Under the pieces are notes generated by a model. That model had not been told where the DNA came from, ran no database searches, and saw only the letters and a program-made list of their open reading frames with translations. Of a stretch of 64,000 nucleotides of DNA, positions 48,718-57,786 are shown piece by piece. The DNA is from an uncultured Acidobacteriota bacterium. GTDB taxonomy: Bacteria; Acidobacteriota; Vicinamibacteria; Vicinamibacterales; 2-12-FULL-66-21. Location of the stretch: positions 124,103-188,102 of the forward strand of contig CAVUDT010000007.1 in the NCBI GenBank assembly GCA_963740275.1. Direction: 5' to 3'. A program made the position numbers and the translations under genes. Numbering within the stretch: position 1 is the first letter of the stretch; the number at the start of each line of letters is the position of its first letter.

Positions 48718-51439
48718 TTAACCTTCCTTGAGGGCTTCCGTCGGCTGCACCCGCAGCGCGCGTCTCGTCGGCACCACGCACGCAATCGAGCACACCGCGG
48801 TCATGAGCCCCGCGTACGCGATCACTAGCGCGGCGCCGCCGGCCGAGAACCCACCCGTCACGGCTAGCGCCAGCGCCCCGGCCAGCAACCCTCCGCCAAC
48901 GACGCCGAGGCCGATCTGCGTCAGCGGACGGCGGAAGGTGGCGCGAAGCACCCGCCAGCCGTCGGCTCCAAGGGCGACGCGGATCCCGATCTCGCGCGTC
49001 CGCCGCGAGACGGTGAACGACATCACCGCGTAGATCCCCGCCAGCGACAGCAGCAGCGCGATCCCGCTCACCAGCAGCAGCAGCCGGAACAGGAAATTGA
49101 ACTCCAGCCACATCGTCTGGCCAACCTGGTCGAGCGTCAGCATGTCGTGTAGCCGGAGGGTTGGATTGACATCGGTGGCGAGCGCCCGCAGCCGCGGCGC
49201 GAGCGACACCGGATCCCCGCGCACGTGGACGGCGATGTGGATCGGGCCGGTGCTGCCGGGACGCGTGGGATGGTAGATGCCGGCGCCGGCCGCCGGGTCA
49301 TCGGCGATCATGCCGAGATCCTTCACCACCCCGACGATCTCGTACCAGGGACCGGGCGGCTGGTCCTGCGATATCCCGTCGTCTCCGCGCCGGCGCTGGT
49401 AGCGGACGCGCCGGCCGAGCGGGTTTCGGCCGTCGAGTACCATGCCGGACGAACGACTCGTTGACGATCACGCTTCGGCTCGCCGGACCGCGGCCGTCAG
49501 CGGGTGCGGCCAGGTCGCCGGTGTGAAACCCTCGTCCCGCAAGAACCGGCGCGCCGAGAACATCGAAGTAGTTCAGTGCGACCGTGGCGGTGCTCACCCG
49601 CCGGTCGACAGCCGCCTCGGGAGGCCCGGCGTCAGCGGCCTCCACCTCGATCCGACGCGGTGAGTGGTGCGTCCGCGGCAGCGGGTCGACGAACGTTACA
49701 CCCGAGACACCCGGCTCCGCGGCCACCTGGCGCTCCAGCTCCTCGAGCGTCGCGCGGAACCGCGCAAGTGAATCCGAGCCGCGCGCGGTCCCCGACTCCG
49801 CGGCCGAGGGCTCGCGGTCCATCTCGAGTCGCGCGGACAGGTACTCTTCGGCACGGAATCCGGGATCGAGGGACCGGATCTGCACCACCGCCTGCCGCAC
49901 GAAGAAAGCGGTCGCCGGGAAGGCCACGGTGACGGCGACCTGGGTGACGATCACCGCCGTCCAGACGCCGCCGAAGCGGAGACCGCTGCCGACGGCAGTC
50001 TGACGGAGCCGCGCCTCGACCCGCCGGCCCGTCACCTTCAACGCCGGGACGACGCCGGCGATTACCGCCCCGAGCAGCGTCAGCCCCCCCGCGTAGAGCA
50101 CCGTCATCGGCGCGAGCTGGGGGTTGAACCAGAACGGCAGCCGGCCCCCCGCCTCGATCTCCGAAACACTCAACCACCATCGCAGGAGGAAGCCGGCCGT
50201 CGCCAGGCCGGCGACGGTCGCGACCGACCCGAGCACCAGGGCCTCGGCGAACAACTGCATGACGATCCGGCCGCGCGTCGCCCCGAGCGCCGTCCGCACG
50301 ACCAGCTCGCTCTCCCGGGTCGCCGCTCTCGCGAACATCAGCAGCGCGATGTTCGCGCAGACGAGCACGAGCAGCATCGCCAGCAGCACGTTGATCGACT
50401 GGAGCGCCAGCCCTTCGACCCGCGACCGGCCGGTGATCGCCTGCGCATACGGCATGACCTGTGGACGCAGGTGCGCGTGCGTGGCCGGCAGATCGGCCGC
50501 CGCGCGAAGGCCGGCGGCGGTCAGCTCGGCCTGCGCTTCGTCAAGCGTCACACCATCGGCCAGCCGGCCGAACACCATGAGCGCGGGACCGTCCCGTCTC
50601 GGGTGCTCGAGCGCGTTCACGCGAAGTGGCGCCCACAGCCGGTGAGCCACCGGGAACGCAAACCCCTCCGGCATCACACCGACGACGGTGCAGTGTTCGT
50701 CCCCGAGCCGGATAGTCCGGCCGACCAGGGCCGGATCGCCGCCGAAGCGCGTCCGCCACAGGTCGTATCCGACAACCACGACCGGACGCGCGCCCGGCTG
50801 TTCGTCGGCGGGCCCGAGACTTCGTCCGAGCAGCGGACCGACCCGAGTGAGCGCCAGGCCTGAGGCCGAGATCTCCGCCACGGCCACCGGCTCGCCGCGG
50901 CCATCCTCCGTAATCAGATTGCGATCGAGCGTTCGGAACGCGCTGAGCTCGACGACCGACCCGAGCTCGCCGCGCCAGGCCACGAAGTCATGCACGACCC
51001 GGCTTTCAACGCCGTTGGCCGCGGTGTCGAGCTGCTGGATCCCGACGATGCGGTCGCCGTCGGCAAGTGGAAGGGCGGGACGGACCATCTGGGTCAGGAA
51101 CTCGAAGCCGGCGGCGCCGATCGCGATCGCAAACGCCATCGCGCAGCCGCCGACCACCGTCAGCCCGGGATACTTGACCAGCATCCGGAACCCGAGCTTC
51201 ACGTCGAGCCAGGACGAGTCGAGCCACACGAAGGAGCGCGCGTCCCGCTGCAGCTCCTTCGCCTGCTCAATGCCGCCAAAGGCCCGCTTCGCCGCATACC
51301 GCGCCTCGTCGGCGCTCATTCCCCCGGCGACGAACCGGTCCTCGAGCATCTGCAGGTGCGCGGCGATCTCACGCGACAGCTCCGCCTCGGCGGCATTCGA
51401 CCGCCAGGCCGAGGTCAAGCGAAGGAGGAAGCGGCGCAC
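48718..51439 (-). CDS. ADOP-family ABC permease (apparent frameshift at ~49440)
   Basis: ELSREIAAHL..AKRAFGG; WLDVKLGFRMLVKYPGL; VCANIALL; joins VNESFVRH-VLDGRNPLG after removing one G; RTREIGIRVALGA; PTRRALRVQP. Confidence 0.85.
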
Positions 51440-51442
51440 TTT

Positions 51443-51692
51443 TTGGGTTCTAGGTTCTTCGTTCGAGGTTCTGGGGCCTTCGGTCGAGGTTCTGGGTTCT
51501 TCGTTCGAGGTTCCAGGTCGTTCTGCGTTCGAGGTTCTGGGTTCTGCGTTCGAGGTTCTGGGTTCTAGTTCGAGTTCGAGGTTCCGGGTTCTGCGTTCGA
51601 GGTTCCGGGTTCTACGTTCGAGGTTCTGGGTTCTTCGATCGGGGTTCCAGGTGCTGCTTTAGTTCTTAGTTCTGAGTTCGTAGTTCTGAGTT
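51443..51692. repeat. Heptamer-based 21-nt tandem array (GAGGTTC-TGGGTTC-TNCGTTC)
   Basis: About 10 imperfect 21-mers between permease and PadR, ending in (T/G)AGTTCT heptamers that extend into the PadR C-terminus. Confidence 0.92.
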
Positions 51693-52036
51693 TCAACGGT
51701 TTCCAACAGAAGCTTGTCGACCAGGCCGGCGAGGCGGCGCCAGCGGGCGGTCTGGCGGGTCAGCTCGCGCTCGCCCGCTTTGGTGATCGCGTAGTATTTC
51801 GCGTCGCGGTTGCTTTCGGTCTTCTGCCAGGTGCCCTTGATCCACCCCTTCTGATCGAGGCGGACGAGTGCGGGATAGAGCGTCCCCTGGTTCAGCGACA
51901 GCGGATGGTCAGAAACCTGCGCCAGCCGGGTGGCAAGCGCATACGCATGCAACGGCCCCATCGTCGACAGGGCGCGCAGGACGATGAGGTCGAGCGTGCC
52001 CTGCAGCAGCTCCACGTTCTGGCCTTCACTTGGCAT
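51659..52036 (-). CDS. PadR family transcriptional regulator (acidobacterial type)
   Basis: LLQGTLDLIVL; LNQGTLYPALVRL; NRDAKYYAIT; W.RL. Confidence 0.92.
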   Translation of the reverse strand: MPSEGQNVELLQGTLDLIVLRALSTMGPLHAYALATRLAQVSDHPLSLNQGTLYPALVRLDQKGWIKGTWQKTESNRDAKYYAITKAGERELTRQTARWRRLAGLVDKLLLETVETQNYELRTKN

Positions 52037-52112
52037 GCCAGTGAAGGTCTCATGGGATTCACTAGACTGTCAAGTGATCCGGAGCCGTCTAGTGATCCGG
52101 AGCTTTCGATTG
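52023..52112. promoter_or_regulatory. Putative PadR operators plus 18-nt triple repeat
   Basis: Palindromes CCTTCACTTGGCATGCCAGTGAAGG (over the ATG) and CACTAGAC-T-GTCAAGTG (52060-52076); repeats GTCAAGTGATCCGGAGCC / GTCTAGTGATCCGGAGCT / TTCGATTGATCCGGCGAG. Confidence 0.6.
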
Positions 52113-52118
52113 ATCCGG

Positions 52119-52283
52119 CGAGGTTCTAAAGGTTCTGGGTTCTACGTTCGAGGTTCTGGGTTCTTCGGTCGAGGTTCTGGGGCCTTCGGTCGAGGTTCTG
52201 GGTTTTACGTTCAAGGTTCTGGTTCCTACGTTCCAGGTTCTGGGTTCTTCGTTCGAGGTTCTGGGGCCTTCGGTCGAGGTTCC
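52119..52283. repeat. Heptamer-based 21-nt tandem array, same orientation as 51443
   Basis: About 7-8 units of GAGGTTCTGGGTTCTNCGTTC, including variant GAGGTTCTGGGGCCTTCGGTC shared with the 51443 array. Confidence 0.92.
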
Positions 52284-52284
52284 A

Positions 52285-52995
52285 TCAGCAGAGCGGCGCG
52301 AAGCGGAACCCCTTCTTGCTCAGGACGGGCGCGACGAGCCGGATGGTCTCGGCGGCGTGGCGGCGGTCGGCGCGGGGGTTGGCGTGGTGGCCGTCGTGAA
52401 TCACGATGATGTCGCCGGCAGATGCCTTGCGGGCGATCCTGGTGACCAGCCGGTCGGCGCGGGGCGTGCGCCACCAGTCCCAGTCCCACATGCCCCAGCT
52501 CCAGCCCGCCAGCGTGTAGCCCGCCTGTCGCAGGCCGCTGTACATGAGCGGACTGCGCCAGCCGGCGTGCGGCCGGAACAGGCGGCACGGCTGGCGGCCG
52601 GTGATGGCCTCGATGCGCGCGGCCGCGTCCTGGAGTTTTCTGGCCAGCGCGTCCGGCGACATGACCATCAGGCGGCGCGTCCCGCTGTGGAGACCGATGG
52701 CATGCCCCTCGTCCGCCAGCCGGCGGACGATCGGCTCGGTCTCGGGGGTGATGTGCTCGTCGATCAGGAAGAAGGTCGCCCTGATGCCGGTGTCACGGAG
52801 CGCATCCAGCAGCGGCGGCGTCCAGGCCGCATTCGGCCCATCGTCGAAGGTGAAATGAAGCGTGGGCGGCGCGCCGCGAGCCGCCTTGACATGCCAGATC
52901 GAGCCGGAGGGGCGGAAGGCCTCGAACAGGAACGGGTACGGCACCATGTGGGCCGCCACCACGACACCGACCAGGAGGGCCAGAGCGAGGACCAT
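52285..52995 (-). CDS. Polysaccharide deacetylase (NodB/CE4)
   Basis: TFDDGP; ATFFL; GHAIGLHS; FRPHAG; WDW; GDIIVIHDG. Confidence 0.9.
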   Translation of the reverse strand: MVLALALLVGVVVAAHMVPYPFLFEAFRPSGSIWHVKAARGAPPTLHFTFDDGPNAAWTPPLLDALRDTGIRATFFLIDEHITPETEPIVRRLADEGHAIGLHSGTRRLMVMSPDALARKLQDAAARIEAITGRQPCRLFRPHAGWRSPLMYSGLRQAGYTLAGWSWGMWDWDWWRTPRADRLVTRIARKASAGDIIVIHDGHHANPRADRRHAAETIRLVAPVLSKKGFRFAPLC

Positions 52996-53026
52996 CCGCG
53001 GATGTTATCCGCCTGCCGTCCGCTCG

Positions 53027-53557
53027 TCATTTCGCCCGGCGGTAGATGAACTTCTCTTCGCGAACGACCCCGTCGCGACTGCGGAGCGCCAGGTAGCCTT
53101 CCATCAGGTCGGGGCTCACCCGGCGAAAGGTCAGGCCGCTGAAATAGGCACCGCTGGCATCGTGTTTCACCAGCCGGAAGGTTACGAAATTCGCCTTTTC
53201 CTCCCAGCCGGTCATGTCAGGGTTGACATGCTTGAGGCGCATCTCGACGCTGCCCTCGATTTCGATCAGCGTCATGATTTCGTAGAAGACCGGCTTGGCG
53301 TCCTTTACCAGCCGGAAATAACCGACCATGGCGCCCGCCTCCGGCGGGCTCCAGACCTCTTCGATCGAGCCGCCGAGTCCTTCCCCGGTCCAGCGTCCGG
53401 TGAGCCAGGCCAGGTCCGCTACCCGCGCCGGTGGCCTCGGCGCCCCTTCGGCCAGCTTCAACGTATTCGGGGTGCTGGATTCCTGAAGATCGACCGCCCG
53501 CGGCCCGGCCGTCAGCAGGGCCCCGATCATCATCAGGACCGTCAAGACGTTTCGCAT
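53027..53557 (-). CDS. Secreted hypothetical protein (DUF6265-like)
   Basis: SD AAGGAGG; signal peptide; DLAWLTGRW; EEVWSPP..G.M.G.F; FYE; LKH...GWEEK. Confidence 0.75.
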   Translation of the reverse strand: MRNVLTVLMMIGALLTAGPRAVDLQESSTPNTLKLAEGAPRPPARVADLAWLTGRWTGEGLGGSIEEVWSPPEAGAMVGYFRLVKDAKPVFYEIMTLIEIEGSVEMRLKHVNPDMTGWEEKANFVTFRLVKHDASGAYFSGLTFRRVSPDLMEGYLALRSRDGVVREEKFIYRRAK

Positions 53558-53636
53558 CTCTCGCCTCCTTGGGCCCGGCAGCAGCGCCGGGTTTCGAGGT
53601 CAAGACGAACGGCCCGTCCAGGATTCGACAGAACGC

Positions 53637-53797
53637 CACCTGGAACCTCGAACGAAGATCCCAGAACCTGCGAACATAGGAACCAGAACCTCGAACGTAA
53701 GACCGCAGAACCTCGACCGAAGGCCCAGAACCACGACCGAAGAACCCAGAACCTCGAACGAAGATCCCAGAACCACGATCGAAGAACCGAGAACCTA
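53637..53797. repeat. 21-nt heptamer array, inverted orientation (GAACCTC-GAACGAA-GANCCCA)
   Basis: Reverse complement of the arrays at 51443 and 52119. Confidence 0.9.
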
Positions 53798-54096
53798 GAG
53801 AAACCGAAAAGCCCCGGGCGCCCTAACTCAACCCGACATCCTCTTGCAGCTTGCGGTAGTAGGTCCCCTGCGCTGGAACCTGCTGGCCTTGAACAAGAGA
53901 CCAGGAGATCAAGAGAACGCCTTGCAAAACGGTCTCTTGAACTCCTGCCCTCTTGTAGAAATTCAGCACCTGGAACCTCGAACGAAGATCCCAGAACCAC
54001 GATCGAAGAACCGAGAACCTAGAGAAACCGAAAAGCCCCGGGCGCCCTCAACTCAACCCGACATCCTTTTGCAGCTTGCGGTAGTAGGTCCCCTGC
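53749..54096. repeat. ~123-bp direct duplication (53749-53871 / 53973-54096) containing the 3' end of gene 54048-54623
   Basis: Near-identical copies differing by one substitution and one indel; encode QGTYYRKLQ[E/K]DVGLS* on the minus strand. Confidence 0.9.
53893..53956. repeat. REP/MITE-like palindrome (CAGGAG/CAAGAG 8-nt period)
   Basis: ACAAGAGACCAGGAGATCAAGAGA ... TCTCTTGAACTCCTGCCCTCTTGT. Confidence 0.75.
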
Positions 54097-54623
54097 ATCT
54101 GCTCGAGGTCACGCTTGACCAGGTTCAGGCCGTGGACGCACTGCTCGAAGTGGTAGGCCAGCCGGCCGAAAAGCGCCGCCTCGTCGCGGTATTCGAAGAG
54201 ATTGAACGACGACACCACCCGGTAGGACTCCTTCCCCGCCTTCACGTAGTCGACGAAGGTGTCGACCGAGAGCGGGCGCAGCCGTGGCAGCGCCCCCACC
54301 GCTTCGGGGAACAGCCCGGTGTAGAACAGCGTGAAGTCACCAACGTGCTTGCGGACGGCGCGCTCCCGGTCGAACGAGGGAGCGTCCAGCAGCGGGTTCG
54401 ACTCGATCAGCATCTCCGAGACGTCCGTGAGCCGCTGCCCTCGCAGGTTCCGGACGCGATACAGGTTCTCGACGTGAGTGAACTCGGTCAACAGCCGGCT
54501 GACATAGTCGGCCAGCTCCGCGTCATCGAGCTGCGCGCCGCGGCGGAAGTTACCCTGAACCAGGTGCTGAAACAGCGTGCGAAGCGGGTGATTGTCGGAG
54601 ATCCGGGTCGAGTCGTATCTCAT
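54048..54623 (-). CDS. Conserved hypothetical protein
   Basis: Clean 191-aa ORF: LADYVSRLL.EF; RKHVGDFTLFYTGLFPE; YVKAGKESY; LA..FE.C..GL. Confidence 0.8.
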   Translation of the reverse strand: MRYDSTRISDNHPLRTLFQHLVQGNFRRGAQLDDAELADYVSRLLTEFTHVENLYRVRNLRGQRLTDVSEMLIESNPLLDAPSFDRERAVRKHVGDFTLFYTGLFPEAVGALPRLRPLSVDTFVDYVKAGKESYRVVSSFNLFEYRDEAALFGRLAYHFEQCVHGLNLVKRDLEQMQGTYYRKLQKDVGLS

Positions 54624-54664
54624 GGCTCCGATTCTACGCAGGAGCCGTCCCTCGGCAAGAGGTA

Positions 54665-54754
54665 TCTGAATTCAGAATTTAGAATTCAGAATTTGAATTC
54701 AGTTTCTCAGTTCCGAGTTCTTGATTCTGAATTCTGAATTCTTAATTCTGAATT
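54665..54754. repeat. AT-rich inverted heptamer array (AGAATTC / GAATTCT)
   Basis: gaattcagaatttagaattcagaatttgaattc ... gattctgaattctgaattcttaattctgaatt. Confidence 0.85.
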
Positions 54755-55087
54755 TCACTTCGCCCCCCTGAGCCTGGGGTCGAGCCCCTTCCACATGCGC
54801 TCGAAGACCTGGCGGGATTCGCGCAGCAGCCCGACGCCGTGAGGGGTGACGGTGACGCACCGGCGCGCCTTGCCGCCACGCTCCGGGGTGGGGTCGCTCA
54901 TGCGCGAGGCGAGCAGCCCCTTCTCTTCGAGCCGGCGCAGGGTGACATAGACCGCGGCCGGCGAGACCGATCGGCCGGTCCGCCGCTCGATCTCGTCGAC
55001 GATCGGCACACCATAGACGTCACCGGTGAGCTGGAGGATCGCCAGCAGGACCATCTGTTCGAACTCGCCGAGGGCTTCGCGGCTCAT
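54755..55087 (-). CDS. PadR family transcriptional regulator (no permease follows)
   Basis: LGEFEQMVLL; YGVPI; AVYVTLRRLEEKG; ERGGKARR. Confidence 0.9.
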   Translation of the reverse strand: MSREALGEFEQMVLLAILQLTGDVYGVPIVDEIERRTGRSVSPAAVYVTLRRLEEKGLLASRMSDPTPERGGKARRCVTVTPHGVGLLRESRQVFERMWKGLDPRLRGAK

Positions 55088-55181
55088 GAGCGGACTCCGG
55101 TTCGCGCGGGTAAAAACATACAACGTCAAGATTATATGCGGCGACCGGGCGTTGGCTCGGAGTACGCGAAATCGAGGGGGT

Positions 55182-55472
55182 TCAGCGCGAGAGGATGTGC
55201 AGCCAGGGGCCGACCGCGGCCACCAGGTAGAAGCAGGTCAACACCGCGAGGGTGCGGCGGATGTTGAGCACGTAGAGCACGCCGCCGCAAAAACAGGCGA
55301 TCAGCTTGGCGCCGAACAGCGCCGGGCCGGCGCCGGCGATGTGAATCCAGGCTTCGATCAGTGGATTACCTTCGGCGCCAACGCCGAAGATCGAGACCGC
55401 GCCGTACGTCAGCAGGCCGTCGGCGATCTGCACCACGACGAACACCAACAGCACCAGACGCCCTGCGGACAT
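55182..55472 (-). CDS. Small membrane protein (DUF5658-like)
   Basis: Three TM segments; Q.ADGLLTY; EGNPL; K. Confidence 0.7.
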   Translation of the reverse strand: MSAGRLVLLVFVVVQIADGLLTYGAVSIFGVGAEGNPLIEAWIHIAGAGPALFGAKLIACFCGGVLYVLNIRRTLAVLTCFYLVAAVGPWLHILSR

Positions 55473-55591
55473 GCCGGCTGAGCTGCAATATCTACTCCGG
55501 CCCAAAGCCGCGCCGCTGCCCTGTTCGAGCCAGGAAGTCTGCCCCGGGGGAGCCTTCTATCTTCCTGGCGAGGAACGATTAGCCCCGGATC

Positions 55592-55737
55592 GAAACTCAG
55601 AACTCAGAACCTGGAACCTCGAACGAAGACCCGGAGCCTCGATCGAAGAACCTGGAACCTCGAACGCAGACCCAGAACCTCGATCGAAGAACCCGGAACC
55701 TCGATCGAAGGACCCAGAACCTGGAACCTAGAACCTA
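55592..55737. repeat. 21-nt heptamer array, inverted orientation
   Basis: gaactcagaactcagaacctggaacctcgaacgaagacccgg...gaacctagaacctag; supplies the stop codon of the adjacent gene. Confidence 0.9.
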
Positions 55738-56814
55738 GCCACACTTGACCGGACGGATCCGCTTGCCGTGGAAGACGTCCATCGGGATCCGGTGGGTGGT
55801 GAAGACGCGGCTGATCAACTCGTTCAGCGCCGGATCATAGGCGGCGAACTCCTCCGGGGTCTCGACCTTGACGTTGCCGGTGAAGCACTCGCCGTAGTTC
55901 GAGAAGAACCACCACTGGACCCCCTCGGCCCAGTATTCGCCGGGGTTGGTGGTGGCGTAGTGCTTCCGCCCATCGAGGTGCAGGTACTTGCCTGCCGCCA
56001 TCGCGGCATCGTAGGCGGCGCGGATCTCGGCGAACATCTTCGGATCGACGTCGCGGATGCCTCCGCCCATGATCGCGTGCGCGAACTCGTGGACGAAAAT
56101 GTGCTCGCCCCAGTACCGCGTCCCGGGATAGCCAAGCAGGTTCTCTTCGGCGCCGGTGGTGGGGTTCCCTCCCAGCCCGCGCGAGCGGTTGGCATGGTAG
56201 TCACGGTCGGCCTGGGTCACCGGTGCCGGCACCAGCTCACCTGGCAAACCTCCTGGGACCTCGCGCGGCGCCCCGGGGCGCCTCATCCGCGAGTACTCCG
56301 GGATGTCCATCGTCATCTCGACTTCCGCGATCACCCCCGTCCGCCATTTGCGGGCGATCATCGACTTCCGGAAGTCGGGCCGCGCCGCCAGCATGGTGTT
56401 GACGATGTCGCGGGCGACGAGGAGGGCGGCGTCGGGGACCTTGGCCGAGGCGACGACCGGGATCCCTTCGGCGTCGGTGTACTTCTCGTAGAACGGATCG
56501 AGGCCGAGCGATGCCGGCACCGGACCGACATTGGCCGCGACGTAGTCGGCGATCAGTTCCACCGGCTTGCCGGTCGATTTCCTCAGGGCCGCCCGCTCCT
56601 CGCGGTGGCGCTCGGCGAGCGCCCGGGCGTCGGCCTCGGTGCGCTGCGGCCGTGCCGCCTGCGTGGCAGCGGACTGCGGGGCAGCGGACTGCGGGGCAGC
56701 GGACTGCGCGGCAGCGGACTGCGTGGGAGCGGGCGGGGTGGTCTGCGGGGCCTGGGCCTGGAGCAGAACGAACGGCACCGCGACGAGAAAGGAGAGGGTG
56801 AGTGTGGCGCGCAT
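55735..56814 (-). CDS. Secreted HEXXH zincin-like protein
   Basis: Signal peptide; (QSAAP)n linker; LDPFYEKY; AEENLLGYPGTRYWGEHIFVHEFAH; YATTNPGEYWAEGVQ. Confidence 0.8.
   Translation of the reverse strand: MRATLTLSFLVAVPFVLLQAQAPQTTPPAPTQSAAAQSAAPQSAAPQSAATQAARPQRTEADARALAERHREERAALRKSTGKPVELIADYVAANVGPVPASLGLDPFYEKYTDAEGIPVVASAKVPDAALLVARDIVNTMLAARPDFRKSMIARKWRTGVIAEVEMTMDIPEYSRMRRPGAPREVPGGLPGELVPAPVTQADRDYHANRSRGLGGNPTTGAEENLLGYPGTRYWGEHIFVHEFAHAIMGGGIRDVDPKMFAEIRAAYDAAMAAGKYLHLDGRKHYATTNPGEYWAEGVQWWFFSNYGECFTGNVKVETPEEFAAYDPALNELISRVFTTHRIPMDVFHGKRIRPVKCG
56666..56723. repeat. In-frame 15-nt tandem repeat x4 (GCAGCGGACTGCGNG)
   Basis: Encodes QSAAA/QSAAP/QSAAP/QSAAT. Confidence 0.85.
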
Positions 56815-56837
56815 GCGCCGAGTATACCCGCGGCCGG

Positions 56838-57299
56838 CTACTTCCAGGCGCCGAGCATCCTTCGGATCGTCACCATCTCCCCGACATGGTAGGCGTTGTG
56901 ATCGATCACCAGAAGCAGCTCCCGCAGGTAGGTCTGGCCGGTGCCATGAGGGATGGCCGCGAACAGGTCGATGGCCGGGTCCGCCGCCAGCGCCTGCAGG
57001 GCCTCGAGGTCGCGATGAAAGGCGGCCAGGCTGACCTCCCAGGCGCCGGGCGCCGGCGCGGCGGTCGGCGGCCAGTAGTCATCGGGCCATTTCATCGCGG
57101 CGTAGTCGGGATTGCGGCAGAAATCGAGGATGTCGTGCTGGGCGATGCGCAGGTGCTCGAGGATTTGCCAGGGCGAGTGCGGCATCCCGTCGGGACGGCG
57201 GCCACGCAGGTCGACCGGCAGTCCGGCGACCGCCTCGTCGAGATTCACGTGCGCATCGTGCCAGGCGAGCGCCGTGGCGAGTGCGGCAGAGAGCGACAT
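56838..57299 (-). CDS. DinB family protein
   Basis: AHV; HSPWQILEHLRIAQ.DILDF; WPDDYWP; DHNAYHVG. Confidence 0.88.
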   Translation of the reverse strand: MSLSAALATALAWHDAHVNLDEAVAGLPVDLRGRRPDGMPHSPWQILEHLRIAQHDILDFCRNPDYAAMKWPDDYWPPTAAPAPGAWEVSLAAFHRDLEALQALAADPAIDLFAAIPHGTGQTYLRELLLVIDHNAYHVGEMVTIRRMLGAWK

Positions 57300-57314
57300 C
57301 AGCGATCCGTCCGG

Positions 57315-57725
57315 TTACTTCCAGCCGGTCGACTTGCGGGTGAACCGCGCCGGCAGTTCCGGCTTTGCCGGGGGTGGCGCGGCCTCGGGTTCGCCGGAGG
57401 CGGCGACGATCTCCCGTTCCAGTTCGTCGGCATTCGGCAGCCCGGCCAGCTGATCGACGAACATGAGCGAATGCTGTGACGGGATCTCGAACTTCTTGCC
57501 GCAGGTCGGGCACGTCACTTCGTCGTCGAGCCGCAGCAGGTAGTCGCGCAGCTTGGCGAACTTGGCGCGATCGGCGTCGTCGGCGCCGTTCGGCGGCCTG
57601 TCCTTTTTGGAGCGGCGAACCCAGCGGATACTGAAGTCGCCGGTCCGGCGGCACTTCGGGCACTGGTAGCGCCCCTGCCGGGTTTCCGGTCGTTCCGTGA
57701 AAAACGCGCGTTCGTCGAGAGCCAT
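57315..57725 (-). CDS. Hypothetical zinc-ribbon protein
   Basis: DER.FF; CPKC ... CPTCGKKFEI. Confidence 0.7.
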   Translation of the reverse strand: MALDERAFFTERPETRQGRYQCPKCRRTGDFSIRWVRRSKKDRPPNGADDADRAKFAKLRDYLLRLDDEVTCPTCGKKFEIPSQHSLMFVDQLAGLPNADELEREIVAASGEPEAAPPPAKPELPARFTRKSTGWK

Positions 57726-57786
57726 TCCCACATAGTAGCAATGAACCCGGGGCGCATGGCGTATGCTCGCCAGCAGAGCCTCGACC

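Noticed and set aside
50688-52409. ORFs translating the repeat arrays (EVLGSSF / RGSGF repeats)
   Set aside because: Products of 21-nt periodicity, antisense to real genes, with no RBS.
53749-54096. DGR template/variable repeat pair
   Set aside because: Only one substitution and one indel, the repeat is mostly non-coding, and there is no reverse transcriptase or Avd in the window.
51443-55737. CRISPR array interpretation of the 21-nt repeats
   Set aside because: Units are contiguous, degenerate and heptamer-derived, with no unique spacers and no cas genes.
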